DNA of 40,319 nucleotides. Origin: Endomicrobiia bacterium (GTDB taxonomy: Bacteria; Elusimicrobiota; Endomicrobiia; DTEH01). The number at the start of each line of letters is the position of its first letter. The stretch's first letter is position 1. Below are positions 1-9,156 of this stretch, one piece after another. Position numbers and translations under genes: made by a program. The stretch lies in the NCBI GenBank assembly GCA_046292225.1, contig JBKBRH010000001.1, positions 1 to 40,319 of the forward strand. Direction: 5' to 3'. The notes under the pieces are model-generated. The model was not told the origin of the DNA. It saw only the letters and a list, made by a program, of their open reading frames with translations, and searched no databases.

Positions 1-751
1 CTACTATGTTGTTGTATATAGAATTTGTATTATAGACAATATTTTGTTTTTGCCATAGAATAAATAAAGAAAGTTTCTCTAACTTTTCTTTTAAATTTAA
101 AGAACTAATGATAATGAAGATTGAAAAGAAAATAGTTGTTAGTATTAAAGTTTTTTTGTTTTTAATTTCGTAAGAGATAAAAACTAATGTACAACATATA
201 AGATTTAAAACTAAAATTATATTACAGATTTGAAACGAATTAAAATATTTTATTAAAAAATAAGTAAAAAATATGCCACCAAAAATTGTTCCAAGAATTT
301 CATAAATATATGTTTTGCTTATATCTTTCAAATCATTTTTATTATTTTCTTGTAAAATTTTAGCTGATAATGTAAACAATGTTCCGTGTAGTAATCCTGG
401 CAACAAAAGGACTATTATTGTTATAAAGAATATTAAATCAATACCCAAAGTTGTTCCAAAGGGCAGTTTTAAAATATGCTTTATGGTTCTTACTAAAAAT
501 ATAGAAAGAAAAAAACTTAACGAAAATAAGATTTGTAATAGTATAAAAATAAAAATTTTTTCTTTATAATATTCAAACTTTTTAGCAACAATATAACTTC
601 CTATTGCTTGAATAAGCAACCAATTTGCAATTATGATACCTAATGATAGTTCGTTACCTTCAAAGATTGTCAACAATTCTCGTATTAACAATATTTCAAA
701 AGCAATACCACTTAAACCTGTGATAAATATTGAAATTATAAATGTATGCAT
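1..751 (-). CDS. Spermidine-synthase-like polytopic membrane protein, N-terminal part (gene runs off the window at position 1)
   Basis: Not in the ORF track. Hand translation of the minus strand from ATG 751..749 stays open for 250 codons to position 2: MHTFIISIFITGLSGIAFEILLIRELLTIFEGNELSLGIIIANWLL...YIYEILGTIFGGIFFTYFLIKYF...NSIYNNIV. It shows several hydrophobic helices, and the final S-x-Y-N-N-I-V string resembles the start of the aminopropyltransferase domain of fused membrane/spermidine-synthase proteins. Confidence 0.55.
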   Translation of the reverse strand, partial: MHTFIISIFITGLSGIAFEILLIRELLTIFEGNELSLGIIIANWLLIQAIGSYIVAKKFEYYKEKIFIFILLQILFSLSFFLSIFLVRTIKHILKLPFGTTLGIDLIFFITIIVLLLPGLLHGTLFTLSAKILQENNKNDLKDISKTYIYEILGTIFGGIFFTYFLIKYFNSFQICNIILVLNLICCTLVFISYEIKNKKTLILTTIFFSIFIIISSLNLKEKLEKLSLFILWQKQNIVYNTNSIYNNIV

Positions 752-768
752 TTGTAAGGAAGTTATAA

Positions 769-1248
769 CTATTTCTTGTTTAAGATTTGTTGTATCTCTT
801 TGTTAAAAAGTTCAAAATGAGATCCTTGCCAGTAAATTCTTTTACATTCAGGACATTGATAAAATTCATTTTGTGTTTCGTAAACATATAATGGTATTTC
901 ATCTTTAACTTTTTCTTTTTCTATTTTTACAACTAATTTGTTACATAAAGAACAACGAGAAAAAAATTTTTCTTTATCTAGTTTTAAATTGAACTCTTTT
1001 AATACTTGTTTTATTTGTTCTCTTATTTTGTCAGATTTTATAAGTAAAACTTTGTATGCTTTTTTATTACTTAGTTTAGTATCTCTGGTTAGGATTATTC
1101 TTTGTTCTCTTAAACTTTCAATTAATATTTTGTCTCTTTCTGTTTCTTTATAAAATTCTGTATCATATCCTAAAATTCTTAACCATTTTGCTAACCTTCC
1201 ACACATAAAGTCGACTAAAAATTTTATTTCTGATTTATTGCGATTCAT
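769..1248 (-). CDS. Mut7-C (DUF82) PIN-like RNase-domain protein with C-terminal zinc ribbon
   Basis: 159-aa ORF. The N-terminal FLVDFMCGRLAKWLRILGYDT is typical of the Mut7-C fold. The C-terminal CSLCN...CPECKRIYWQGSH is a zinc ribbon. The start lies 4 nt after the upstream gene's stop. Confidence 0.75.
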   Translation of the reverse strand: MNRNKSEIKFLVDFMCGRLAKWLRILGYDTEFYKETERDKILIESLREQRIILTRDTKLSNKKAYKVLLIKSDKIREQIKQVLKEFNLKLDKEKFFSRCSLCNKLVVKIEKEKVKDEIPLYVYETQNEFYQCPECKRIYWQGSHFELFNKEIQQILNKK

Positions 1249-1252
1249 AATT

Positions 1253-2308
1253 TCACTTTTTTACTTCTATTAAATTATATTCTTTTTTGCCTAAAAAAAT
1301 TTTTTCAGCATAATTGATTTGTACAGAATAATCAATATTAGGCCAAAATTCTTTAAATATATCTTTATTTAGATATTCATTAACTATATTTAAAGAACAA
1401 AAGTCTACTGCTACAGGGTCACACCCAGCAACAATACCAATATTTTCTACTGCTGGAATTTGTTTTTTAGGTATACAGTCACAATCCTTTGTTATATTCA
1501 TTAAAAAATTTATAAATAGACATTTATCTTTTTTATTTTTTATTGCAGCATATGCGTATTCTACAGTTTTTTCTTGAACTTCTTTGTATGACAGATCCCA
1601 TGGAATAGAAAACACTTTATTTGAACATATATGAATACATTCTCCACAACCAACACAAATTTCTGTATTAATTTTTATTACTTTTTTTTCTTTTTCTAAA
1701 ATTATTGCATTTACTGGGCAAAAAATTATACATTTTCCACAAAATTTACATTTATCAAGTTTAATTTTTGGTTTTAAAACATTATGTAACAAATATTTTG
1801 CAGAACGTACAGCACATCCCATACCTAAATTTTTTATAGTTCCAGCAAAACCGAATAACATATGTCCTTTGAAATGAGTCAAACATATAATTGCATCTGC
1901 GTTGTAAATGTTAGAAGCTATTTTTGCAGTTTTAAAATGTTTTAAATTTATTTCAACTTCTACAAAATCGTTTCCTTTTATACCATCAGCTATTATAATA
2001 GGTGCTTCTAAAGATGAGATATTGAATCCGTGTTGGTGTGCAAGTTTTAAATGTTCTATTGCATTTGCTCTTTTGCCTGTATATATTGTATTAGTATCAG
2101 TAAAAAAAGGTAATGATTTTTTTTTATTTAAAATTCTTATTAATGGTTTGTATATATAAGGACTAATAAAAGTAGAAGAATTTTCTTCTCCGAAGTGTGT
2201 TTTTAATGCGACAAAATTTTTTTCTTCAATAAAATTTAAATCTAATACTTTTAGAAGTTTTTCAAAATTTTCCTGTGAGAGATTTTTTATAAAATATACA
2301 TCATTCAC
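1253..2308 (-). CDS. DUF362-family Fe-S protein with two 4Fe-4S ferredoxin motifs
   Basis: 351-aa ORF with DUF362-like N-terminal strings (ALKTHFGE, FFTDTNT) and two cluster motifs, CKFCGKCIIFCP and CVGCGECIHIC. Confidence 0.8.
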   Translation of the reverse strand: MNDVYFIKNLSQENFEKLLKVLDLNFIEEKNFVALKTHFGEENSSTFISPYIYKPLIRILNKKKSLPFFTDTNTIYTGKRANAIEHLKLAHQHGFNISSLEAPIIIADGIKGNDFVEVEINLKHFKTAKIASNIYNADAIICLTHFKGHMLFGFAGTIKNLGMGCAVRSAKYLLHNVLKPKIKLDKCKFCGKCIIFCPVNAIILEKEKKVIKINTEICVGCGECIHICSNKVFSIPWDLSYKEVQEKTVEYAYAAIKNKKDKCLFINFLMNITKDCDCIPKKQIPAVENIGIVAGCDPVAVDFCSLNIVNEYLNKDIFKEFWPNIDYSVQINYAEKIFLGKKEYNLIEVKK

Positions 2309-2336
2309 AATTAATAACCTTTAAATTTTTTACTTT

Positions 2337-4364
2337 TTATTTTTCAGAAATCATTTTTATAAAATCTTCTTCATATATTATTTTAATTTCTAATTGTTTT
2401 GCTTTTTGATATTTAGATCCAGGATTCTTCCCAACAACTACAAGAGATGTAGACTTAGATACAGACGAAGAGATATTTCCTCCCATTCGTTTTACAGTTT
2501 CTTCAGCTTCATTTCTTGTCATGGATTCTAACTCTCCAGTAAAAACTACTGTCATACCTTTAAATATTTGTTTTCCTTTTTTTTCAATTTTAGGTTGTGT
2601 CATATTAACATTTGCTTTTTTAAAGTCGTTAATAATTTCTATAGTATATTTATTTGAGAAAAATTCTTTTATAGATTTTGCCATTACAGGACCTATTTCT
2701 GAAATTTTTTGTAGTTCTGATTCAGTTGCCTGCATAAGATTATCTAAAGTACTAAAATGTTCAGCTAACAGTTCAGCTGCTTTTTCTCCAATATGTCTTA
2801 TCCCTAAAGCATACAATAATTTACTTAAAGGTTTTTGTTTTGATCTTTCAATAGCAGAAAGTAGGTTTGTTGCTTTTTTTTCTTTAAACAGAGGTAAAGT
2901 TAAAAGTTGTTGTTTTGTTAAAAAATAAATATCAGAAAGTTTTTTAACTAAATTTTTTTCTACTAATAATTCTGCAACAGATTCACCTAACCCTTCAATA
3001 TCCATTGCTTCGCGTTTAGCAAAATGTACGATACTGTTTATAACCTGTGCTGGACAAGAGGAATTTGGACATCTGTAGGCAACTTCAGCTTCTTCTTTTA
3101 CAACATTACTTCCACAAACCGGACATTTTTTAGGTATTTCAATTTCTTTTTCTTTTGCAGTTCTTTTTGATTCTATAACTTTAACTATTTTTGGTATAAC
3201 TTCGCCTGCACGTTCTACAACTACAGTATCGCCAATTTTTACACCGAGACGTTTTATTTCGTCAAAATTGTGTAATGTCGCACGAGAAATTATAACACCG
3301 CCACATTCTACTGGTTGTAATTCTGCTACGGGAGTAATTATTCCTGTTCTTCCTACTTGCATAACAACATTTTTTAATATTGTAGTTGCTTGTTTAGCTG
3401 GGAATTTGTAAGCAATTGCCCATCGTGGAGATTTTAGTGTAGTTCCTATTTCTTCCCTATGTTTAAATTGATTAACTTTTATAACCATTCCATCTATATC
3501 ATATTCTAAACTATCACGTTTGTTCTGCCATTCTAAACAATATTTTATAACTTCATCTATTGTTTTACAAACTTTATAATTCTGTATTACTGGTAAAGAA
3601 AATTTTTTACAAAATTCTAAAAATTCTTCGTCAGTTTCTATTTTTATATCACCTTCTATTTTACCATACGAATGAACATAAAATCTTAACGGTCTTTGTG
3701 CAGTAATTCTTGGATCTTTTTGCCTTAAAGAACCACTTGCAGCATTTCTCGGATTTGCAAAGGTTTGTTCTCTTTTCTTGGATAATTCTTGATTAAGTTT
3801 TTCAAAATCTTTTTTTAACATTATAACTTCTCCACGAACTTCGAAAAATTTTGGTATATGAATATTTTCTTTTGTTTCAAGTGAGAGAGGAACACTGTGA
3901 ATAGTTTTTACATTCAATGTAACATCTTCACCAGTTTCACCATCACCACGAGTAGCTGCAGTTTTAAGTATACCATCAACATAATGTATTGTACAACTTA
4001 ACCCGTCAAGTTTAGGTTCTACAATAAATTCTAAATTTTTTAAAGGTACATATTTTGATATTCGTTCAACCCAATCATAAATTTCTTGTGTAGAATAAGT
4101 ATTTTCTAACGACAGCATAGGTGAGGTATGTTTTACAGATTTAAACTCTTTAACAACTTCACCTGAGACACGTTGTGTAGGCGAGTCCGGTGTGATAAAT
4201 TCTGGATATTTTTCTTCTAATTCTTTTAGTTCTTTATACAATTTGTCATATTCATAATCTGATATTTCTGGTTGATTTAATACATAATATAGATAATCAT
4301 AGTGTTTAATTTTTTTCCTTAGTTCTTCTATTCTTAATAAAATTTTATCCTTTGTGTCTTTCAT
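2337..4364 (-). CDS. ligA: NAD-dependent DNA ligase
   Basis: 675 aa. It has the adenylation motif EPKLDGLS, the Zn finger CPVCGS...CPNSSCPAQ, and a C-terminal BRCT-like VVFTGELESMTRNEAEETVKRMGG. Confidence 0.97.
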   Translation of the reverse strand: MKDTKDKILLRIEELRKKIKHYDYLYYVLNQPEISDYEYDKLYKELKELEEKYPEFITPDSPTQRVSGEVVKEFKSVKHTSPMLSLENTYSTQEIYDWVERISKYVPLKNLEFIVEPKLDGLSCTIHYVDGILKTAATRGDGETGEDVTLNVKTIHSVPLSLETKENIHIPKFFEVRGEVIMLKKDFEKLNQELSKKREQTFANPRNAASGSLRQKDPRITAQRPLRFYVHSYGKIEGDIKIETDEEFLEFCKKFSLPVIQNYKVCKTIDEVIKYCLEWQNKRDSLEYDIDGMVIKVNQFKHREEIGTTLKSPRWAIAYKFPAKQATTILKNVVMQVGRTGIITPVAELQPVECGGVIISRATLHNFDEIKRLGVKIGDTVVVERAGEVIPKIVKVIESKRTAKEKEIEIPKKCPVCGSNVVKEEAEVAYRCPNSSCPAQVINSIVHFAKREAMDIEGLGESVAELLVEKNLVKKLSDIYFLTKQQLLTLPLFKEKKATNLLSAIERSKQKPLSKLLYALGIRHIGEKAAELLAEHFSTLDNLMQATESELQKISEIGPVMAKSIKEFFSNKYTIEIINDFKKANVNMTQPKIEKKGKQIFKGMTVVFTGELESMTRNEAEETVKRMGGNISSSVSKSTSLVVVGKNPGSKYQKAKQLEIKIIYEEDFIKMISEK

Positions 4365-4368
4365 ATTT

Positions 4369-4884
4369 TTATTTTATATCTCGTTGTAAATCGTCATCAC
4401 ATAAATCTTTAATATTTCCTTCTGGCTGAATAAATTTTTGTATAATTTCTTTATCTTCTCGGATAATTTTTATCTTATCTAATAACCCATTTACAAATCT
4501 TCCAGAATCTTTTGTAGAGTATTCTTTTGCAATTTCAATAGCTTCGTTTATGATTACAGAAACTGGCGTTTCCGGACAGCAAATAAATTCGCAAGTTGCT
4601 AATCTTAATATATTCCTATCTACTACTGAAAGTCGTTCCATAGTCCAATTTTTTAAATGTTTTTCAATTATTTTATTTATTAGATTAGAATTCTGTAATG
4701 TAGCAATTACAAGAAAAGAAGAAAATCTTTTTAAACTTTCGTGATATTGTTGTGGTCTATCAAAGACAAAATTAATTGCTGTGTCTATAGATATCTCGGT
4801 GAGATCTATTAAATATAAAACATTTAATGCTAGAATACGAGATTTCCTTCTTAACCCAACAGGTTTGTTTAGGAAATGCTCCAT
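4369..4884 (-). CDS. nusB: Transcription antitermination factor NusB
   Basis: 171 aa with the N-terminal RRKSRILALNVLY signature. It sits immediately downstream of ribH, as in the conserved ribH-nusB pair. It carries a C-terminal extension of about 30 aa. Confidence 0.9.
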   Translation of the reverse strand: MEHFLNKPVGLRRKSRILALNVLYLIDLTEISIDTAINFVFDRPQQYHESLKRFSSFLVIATLQNSNLINKIIEKHLKNWTMERLSVVDRNILRLATCEFICCPETPVSVIINEAIEIAKEYSTKDSGRFVNGLLDKIKIIREDKEIIQKFIQPEGNIKDLCDDDLQRDIK

Positions 4885-4908
4885 CTATTTCAAAATTTTA
4901 CAAAATTA

Positions 4909-5376
4909 TTATTTTTCTATTTTTAGATTGATTAATTCTAACAAAGTCAATGCTGCCTGCGCACCTTTATTTCCTTGTTTAGTACCAGCACGTTCTATTG
5001 CTTGTTCAATATTTTCAGGAGTAATTATTCCGTAAGCTATAGGTAGCATAGTTTCTAACATTACTTGTGCAATACCTTTTGTAGTTTCTTGAGCAATATA
5101 TTCATTGTGTGAAGTATCACCTTTTATTATAGCACCTAATGCAATTATACCATCATATTTTTTACTTAATGCAGCAGATTTGCAAATATATGGTATTTCA
5201 AAACTTCCCGGTACCCATATAATATCAATATTTTTTTCTTCAACTTCATGTCTTAGAAGTATGTCTAAAGCACCATCTAAAAGATGCTTTGTTATAAAAT
5301 CGTTAAACCTTGATACTATAATACAAATTTTTTTATCTTTACCTGAAAATTTGCCTTCAAAAATTTTCCCTACCAT
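4909..5376 (-). CDS. ribH: 6,7-dimethyl-8-ribityllumazine synthase
   Basis: 155 aa. Diagnostic strings are IIVSRFNDFIT, VPGSFEIP, ALGAIIKGDTSHNEYIA and KGAQAALT. Confidence 0.95.
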   Translation of the reverse strand: MVGKIFEGKFSGKDKKICIIVSRFNDFITKHLLDGALDILLRHEVEEKNIDIIWVPGSFEIPYICKSAALSKKYDGIIALGAIIKGDTSHNEYIAQETTKGIAQVMLETMLPIAYGIITPENIEQAIERAGTKQGNKGAQAALTLLELINLKIEK

Positions 5377-5385
5377 AAAATATAT

Positions 5386-5392
5386 CTCCTCC
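5386..5392 (-). promoter_or_regulatory. Shine-Dalgarno site (GGAGGAG) for ribH
   Basis: The plus strand reads ctcctcc, so the minus strand reads GGAGGAG. It lies 9 nt upstream of the ribH ATG at 5376. Confidence 0.65.
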
Positions 5393-5459
5393 TTTTGGCA
5401 AAATTTTGTTAAATTTTTAATATAAAATATATTTTTGATTTTTCAATAGAGATTATAAA

Positions 5460-6593
5460 TTAATCGATATTATTTCTTTCTCCTCCACTAACCATTATAA
5501 TAGAAAGGAGAAGAAAAATAATAGTGGTTTGAAAAAGAATTATAAAAGCAATAATATCGGTTGCTTGAGTGTATCTTAAAATTATAGAATAGAGTCCTAA
5601 ACAAAAAGTTATAAGTAATATTATACCTACTGCTGACGGTACTGAAAAGTTTAAATTTAATAATCTATGATGAATGTGATCTTTTCCAACATATTCTATC
5701 CATTCTTTAAAATTTTTTATTTTTTTATTTTTAATCCTCGAGATAGTTATATATATCATATCATATATTGGTATACTTAAAATTAAGACTGGTGTTGAAA
5801 GTGAAACAATAGGATTTTTTTCTGCCCACCAGCCAACAACTGATATAGAAGCAAGCATAAACCCAATAAAATTTGCTCCACAATCGCCTAAAAATGTTTT
5901 TGCTTTATACCAGTTATAAGGCAAAACACCTAAACATGCACCCATAAGTGCTGCTGAAATATAACTTACATATTTTTGATTAGTTAATAGAGAAATAACA
6001 AGAAATATAAATGAACAAAAACTGCCAAAACCAACAACTAAACCATCTATACCGTCAAGAAAATTTACTGCATTTGTTATTCCTACAAACCAAACTAAAG
6101 TGATAATGATTTCTAAAAAATTTTCTAATGGGAACCCTTTAGGAACTGCTGTAATTTTATATCCAAATGATATTAGTATAAATGTTGCTATTATTTGTGC
6201 TAATAGTCTTACTAAGGCTGATAAGCTATAAATGTCATCTAATAAACTTATTATAAAAATCATGCTACCTGCAAGAATAATTCCTAAAACTTCTTTTGCA
6301 AACTGTAAATTTCTAAGTAAAGTTAAAAGAAATCCAATATATACTGCAATCCCAGCAATACGTGGTGTAGGATTTTTGTGGATTTTTCTATTATTATCTG
6401 GTATGTCAAGAATTCGATATTTAAATGCATATTTAATAGTAAAAGGTGTCAAAAAATGAGAAATACTAAAAGCAAGAATTAACAAAAATAACCAGCGAAT
6501 ATTTAATAAATAAGATTGTTTCCCTATTTCTCTTAAAACTAAAAATATAAATATTATAATTGCAAGTATGATTTGTTTTATTTTAAATATCAT
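5460..6593 (-). CDS. WecA/WbpL-like polyprenyl-phosphate HexNAc-1-phosphate transferase (MraY-family initiating transferase)
   Basis: 377 aa and polytopic. Motifs are NNRKIHKNPTPRIAGIAVY, LLDDIYSLS and NAVNFLDGIDGLV. The N-terminal RK-x-H..P.PR string favours WecA type over MraY proper. Confidence 0.85.
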   Translation of the reverse strand: MIFKIKQIILAIIIFIFLVLREIGKQSYLLNIRWLFLLILAFSISHFLTPFTIKYAFKYRILDIPDNNRKIHKNPTPRIAGIAVYIGFLLTLLRNLQFAKEVLGIILAGSMIFIISLLDDIYSLSALVRLLAQIIATFILISFGYKITAVPKGFPLENFLEIIITLVWFVGITNAVNFLDGIDGLVVGFGSFCSFIFLVISLLTNQKYVSYISAALMGACLGVLPYNWYKAKTFLGDCGANFIGFMLASISVVGWWAEKNPIVSLSTPVLILSIPIYDMIYITISRIKNKKIKNFKEWIEYVGKDHIHHRLLNLNFSVPSAVGIILLITFCLGLYSIILRYTQATDIIAFIILFQTTIIFLLLSIIMVSGGERNNID

Positions 6594-6606
6594 ACAAGTA
6601 ATATCA

Positions 6607-7221
6607 TTAATAGTAATAATCTAAAGATAACCTTAAAGGTACAAATCCTTCAGCATATTTTACTCTGTTTTGATATCCTCTATAAATTCCAGTTGATAGC
6701 GCAGCTTCAATTATAGATAAACCTTTAATTTTTGTAGAATATACCTGTGAAGTATGTAGTTTTAATAATTTTACTTTTTCATCAATAATTTTTGTTATAT
6801 CTACAAATACTGTTGGAGAAAAATCAATACTTGAGGGTGTTTCATAAAATAATACATTTCTTATATACCTTGTAGCAGTCACAGTTGCTTCTGAAACATT
6901 TCTGTGGTCTTGATGTGTATCATTTAAATAATGAGTAAAAATTAAATCAGGATTAATATTTCTAATCGCGTATTCAATTATGTCTATTAATTTTTTATTT
7001 AATTCTATCTTAGTATCTTTCAATCCACCCCAGATTAACTCTGCTTTCAAAAGATCACAAACTTTTTTTTGTTCTTTAGATCTTATTTTAGGATTTCCAC
7101 CTATTTCTCCTTTTGTCATTACAAGAACATAAATTTTTGCTTTTTGTGAAAATTTTATAAGTGTACCTCCACAACCAAATTCAAAATCGTCTGGATGAGA
7201 ACCTATTGCTAATATTTTCAT
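6607..7221 (-). CDS. PIG-L/LmbE-family N-acetylglucosaminyl deacetylase
   Basis: 204 aa with the metal-site motifs SHPDDFEFGCGGT and THQDH. Confidence 0.85.
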   Translation of the reverse strand: MKILAIGSHPDDFEFGCGGTLIKFSQKAKIYVLVMTKGEIGGNPKIRSKEQKKVCDLLKAELIWGGLKDTKIELNKKLIDIIEYAIRNINPDLIFTHYLNDTHQDHRNVSEATVTATRYIRNVLFYETPSSIDFSPTVFVDITKIIDEKVKLLKLHTSQVYSTKIKGLSIIEAALSTGIYRGYQNRVKYAEGFVPLRLSLDYYY

Positions 7222-7255
7222 ATTAAAAACTCCTTGTTAGCAGAGTATGTCTAAT

Positions 7256-8056
7256 TTATAATGAAAAACTTTCTATAACTTCTTGTAGAAAATTTTTATC
7301 AATAGTTTTTAACTCTGCACCCATTGCAGAGAGTAAGGCTGTATCACATATATGATTTATTCTTCTCGGTATACCACCAGAATGTTGATATATTAACTCA
7401 ATCGCTTCTGGTAAGAAAGGATTTTGTTTTGCTTGCGCAATTTTTAATCTATGTGATATATATTCTTCTGTTTCTTTTTGGTTAAGCGAAGTGAGATGAT
7501 ATCTCATAGCAATCCGTTGGTTAAGCTGTTTTATATTTTCTATTTTTTGTTTTAATTCTGGCTGGCCAAGAAGTAAAATTGTCACTAAAAATTTTTCTTC
7601 AAGTTGGTAATTAAGCAATAACCTTATTTCTTCAAAAATGTTATTATCTTCTATAGAATGTGCTTCATCTATTATAATAACTGTTTTTTTCCCATCCATT
7701 AAGTTTTCTTTAAAAATAGTTTCTAATTTTATTAGAACATCTGTTTTTCGTGTAGAGACATCGTGAGAACCTAAATTGTATGCAATCATTCTTAACATTT
7801 CTAATTCGTCTAATTTTGGGTTGTTGATGATTGCAACTTTATATACATCTTTCTGTAATTCTTTTAACAATGCTCTTGCGAGAAGTGTTTTTCCGCAACC
7901 ATATATTCCTGTAAGCAATCCCGCACCTTTGAATTCTCTTACTGTGTATAACATTCTCGCTAAAGCTTCTTCATGTTGTGAAGAACTATAAAAAAATTTA
8001 GGATCAGGAGTATTTTCAAACGGTTTTTCTTTTAATCCCCAGTATTGTTCGTACAT
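7256..8056 (-). CDS. ExeA/MshM-like AAA ATPase (PEP-CTERM-locus type secretion ATPase-like)
   Basis: 266 aa. The N-terminal YWGLKEKPFENTPDPKFFYSSSQHEEAL is typical of ExeA-type proteins. Walker A is GIYGCGKT and Walker B is VIIIDEAH. Confidence 0.75.
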   Translation of the reverse strand: MYEQYWGLKEKPFENTPDPKFFYSSSQHEEALARMLYTVREFKGAGLLTGIYGCGKTLLARALLKELQKDVYKVAIINNPKLDELEMLRMIAYNLGSHDVSTRKTDVLIKLETIFKENLMDGKKTVIIIDEAHSIEDNNIFEEIRLLLNYQLEEKFLVTILLLGQPELKQKIENIKQLNQRIAMRYHLTSLNQKETEEYISHRLKIAQAKQNPFLPEAIELIYQHSGGIPRRINHICDTALLSAMGAELKTIDKNFLQEVIESFSL

Positions 8057-8084
8057 AGTGGTATAAAAATTTGAAAAATATTTT

Positions 8085-9149
8085 TTAGCAAATCAACTTC
8101 TGTGTTACATCAACAATATGTTCAACATCTACTTCTTTTAACGAAGGATAAATTGGTAACGATAAAGTTGTCTCATACAATAATTTTGAATTTTTGCAAA
8201 AAAATTTGTTAAGATAATATTTGTCTAAAGGTAAATACACTGGTCGGGCAACTTCAATACCAAATTTTTTGTATTTTTGTATTATTTGATCTAATAAAAA
8301 TTTTTTGTTAAGCTGGATTATAAACCTATAATATACTGCTTTTGTATTTTTTTGTTCCTTAAATATTTTTATGATATTACAATTTTTTAATTTATTTTTG
8401 TAGTATTCAAAAATTTTTCTTCTTTTGTCAACGAATTTATCTAAATTTTTTAATTGATTTAATCCCATAATTGCCTGTATCTCTGACATTTTATAATTAT
8501 ATCTTAGTTTAAATTTTAATTTTTTGTCATACTCTTTTATATCTTTTAAAAACTCCCATATTTTTTTATCGTTTGTTAAAATAGCACCTCCTTCACCAAA
8601 AGTTGTCATCATTTTTGTTGCATAAAAAGATATTACATTTGTAATACCAAAACTTCCAACCATAGTGTTATCAATTTTTGCACCGACACTTTGTGTAGTA
8701 TCTTCAATTACTGGAATTCCTAAAGTAATTATTTTTTTAATTTCTTTTGCAGGATAGCCAAACATATGTGGTACAATTATAGCTTTTGTTTTTTTAGATA
8801 TATTATTTTTTATCTCAGCATAAGATATACTAAAATCGTCTGAGTTTACATCAACAATAACAGGTTTTGCCTGGGTATAAATAACAGCGTTTAATACAGC
8901 AGAACATGTATAAGCAGGTATAATTACTTCAGAGTTTTTTTCAACATTTAAACTTAACAACGACAAAAATAATCCTGCAGTTCCTGAAGAAACACATACC
9001 GCATATTTTGTATTAAAAATTTTACATAATTCTTTTTCAAATTTCTCTACAAACTTATTTTCTGCAAGATATCCAGAATCTAAAATTTTTTTTATCTGTT
9101 TTATAATTTGTTTTTTATTTACAATTGTTGGTCTTGAATGATTTATCAT
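8085..9149 (-). CDS. DegT/DnrJ/EryC1-family PLP-dependent sugar aminotransferase
   Basis: 354 aa. The N-terminal region resembles this family, and SFYATKMMTTFGEGGAI matches the PLP-lysine region. Confidence 0.9.
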   Translation of the reverse strand: MINHSRPTIVNKKQIIKQIKKILDSGYLAENKFVEKFEKELCKIFNTKYAVCVSSGTAGLFLSLLSLNVEKNSEVIIPAYTCSAVLNAVIYTQAKPVIVDVNSDDFSISYAEIKNNISKKTKAIIVPHMFGYPAKEIKKIITLGIPVIEDTTQSVGAKIDNTMVGSFGITNVISFYATKMMTTFGEGGAILTNDKKIWEFLKDIKEYDKKLKFKLRYNYKMSEIQAIMGLNQLKNLDKFVDKRRKIFEYYKNKLKNCNIIKIFKEQKNTKAVYYRFIIQLNKKFLLDQIIQKYKKFGIEVARPVYLPLDKYYLNKFFCKNSKLLYETTLSLPIYPSLKEVDVEHIVDVTQKLIC

Positions 9150-9156
9150 AAAATTT

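Noticed and set aside
5377-5459. Possible FMN riboswitch or terminator upstream of ribH; possible internal promoter (TTGAAA at 5446..5441, TATATT at 5424..5419, minus strand).
   Set aside because: The gap is only 83 nt, too short for an FMN aptamer, and has no G/C-rich helices, so neither a riboswitch nor a terminator is supportable. The promoter-like hexamers are plausible, but such matches are expected by chance in DNA this AT-rich, so I did not list them as a feature.
7256-8056. ExeA-like AAA protein as a transposition helper (TniB/IstB-like).
   Set aside because: There is no adjacent transposase or inverted repeats. The N-terminal YWGL..PF motif and overall size fit ExeA/MshM-type proteins instead.
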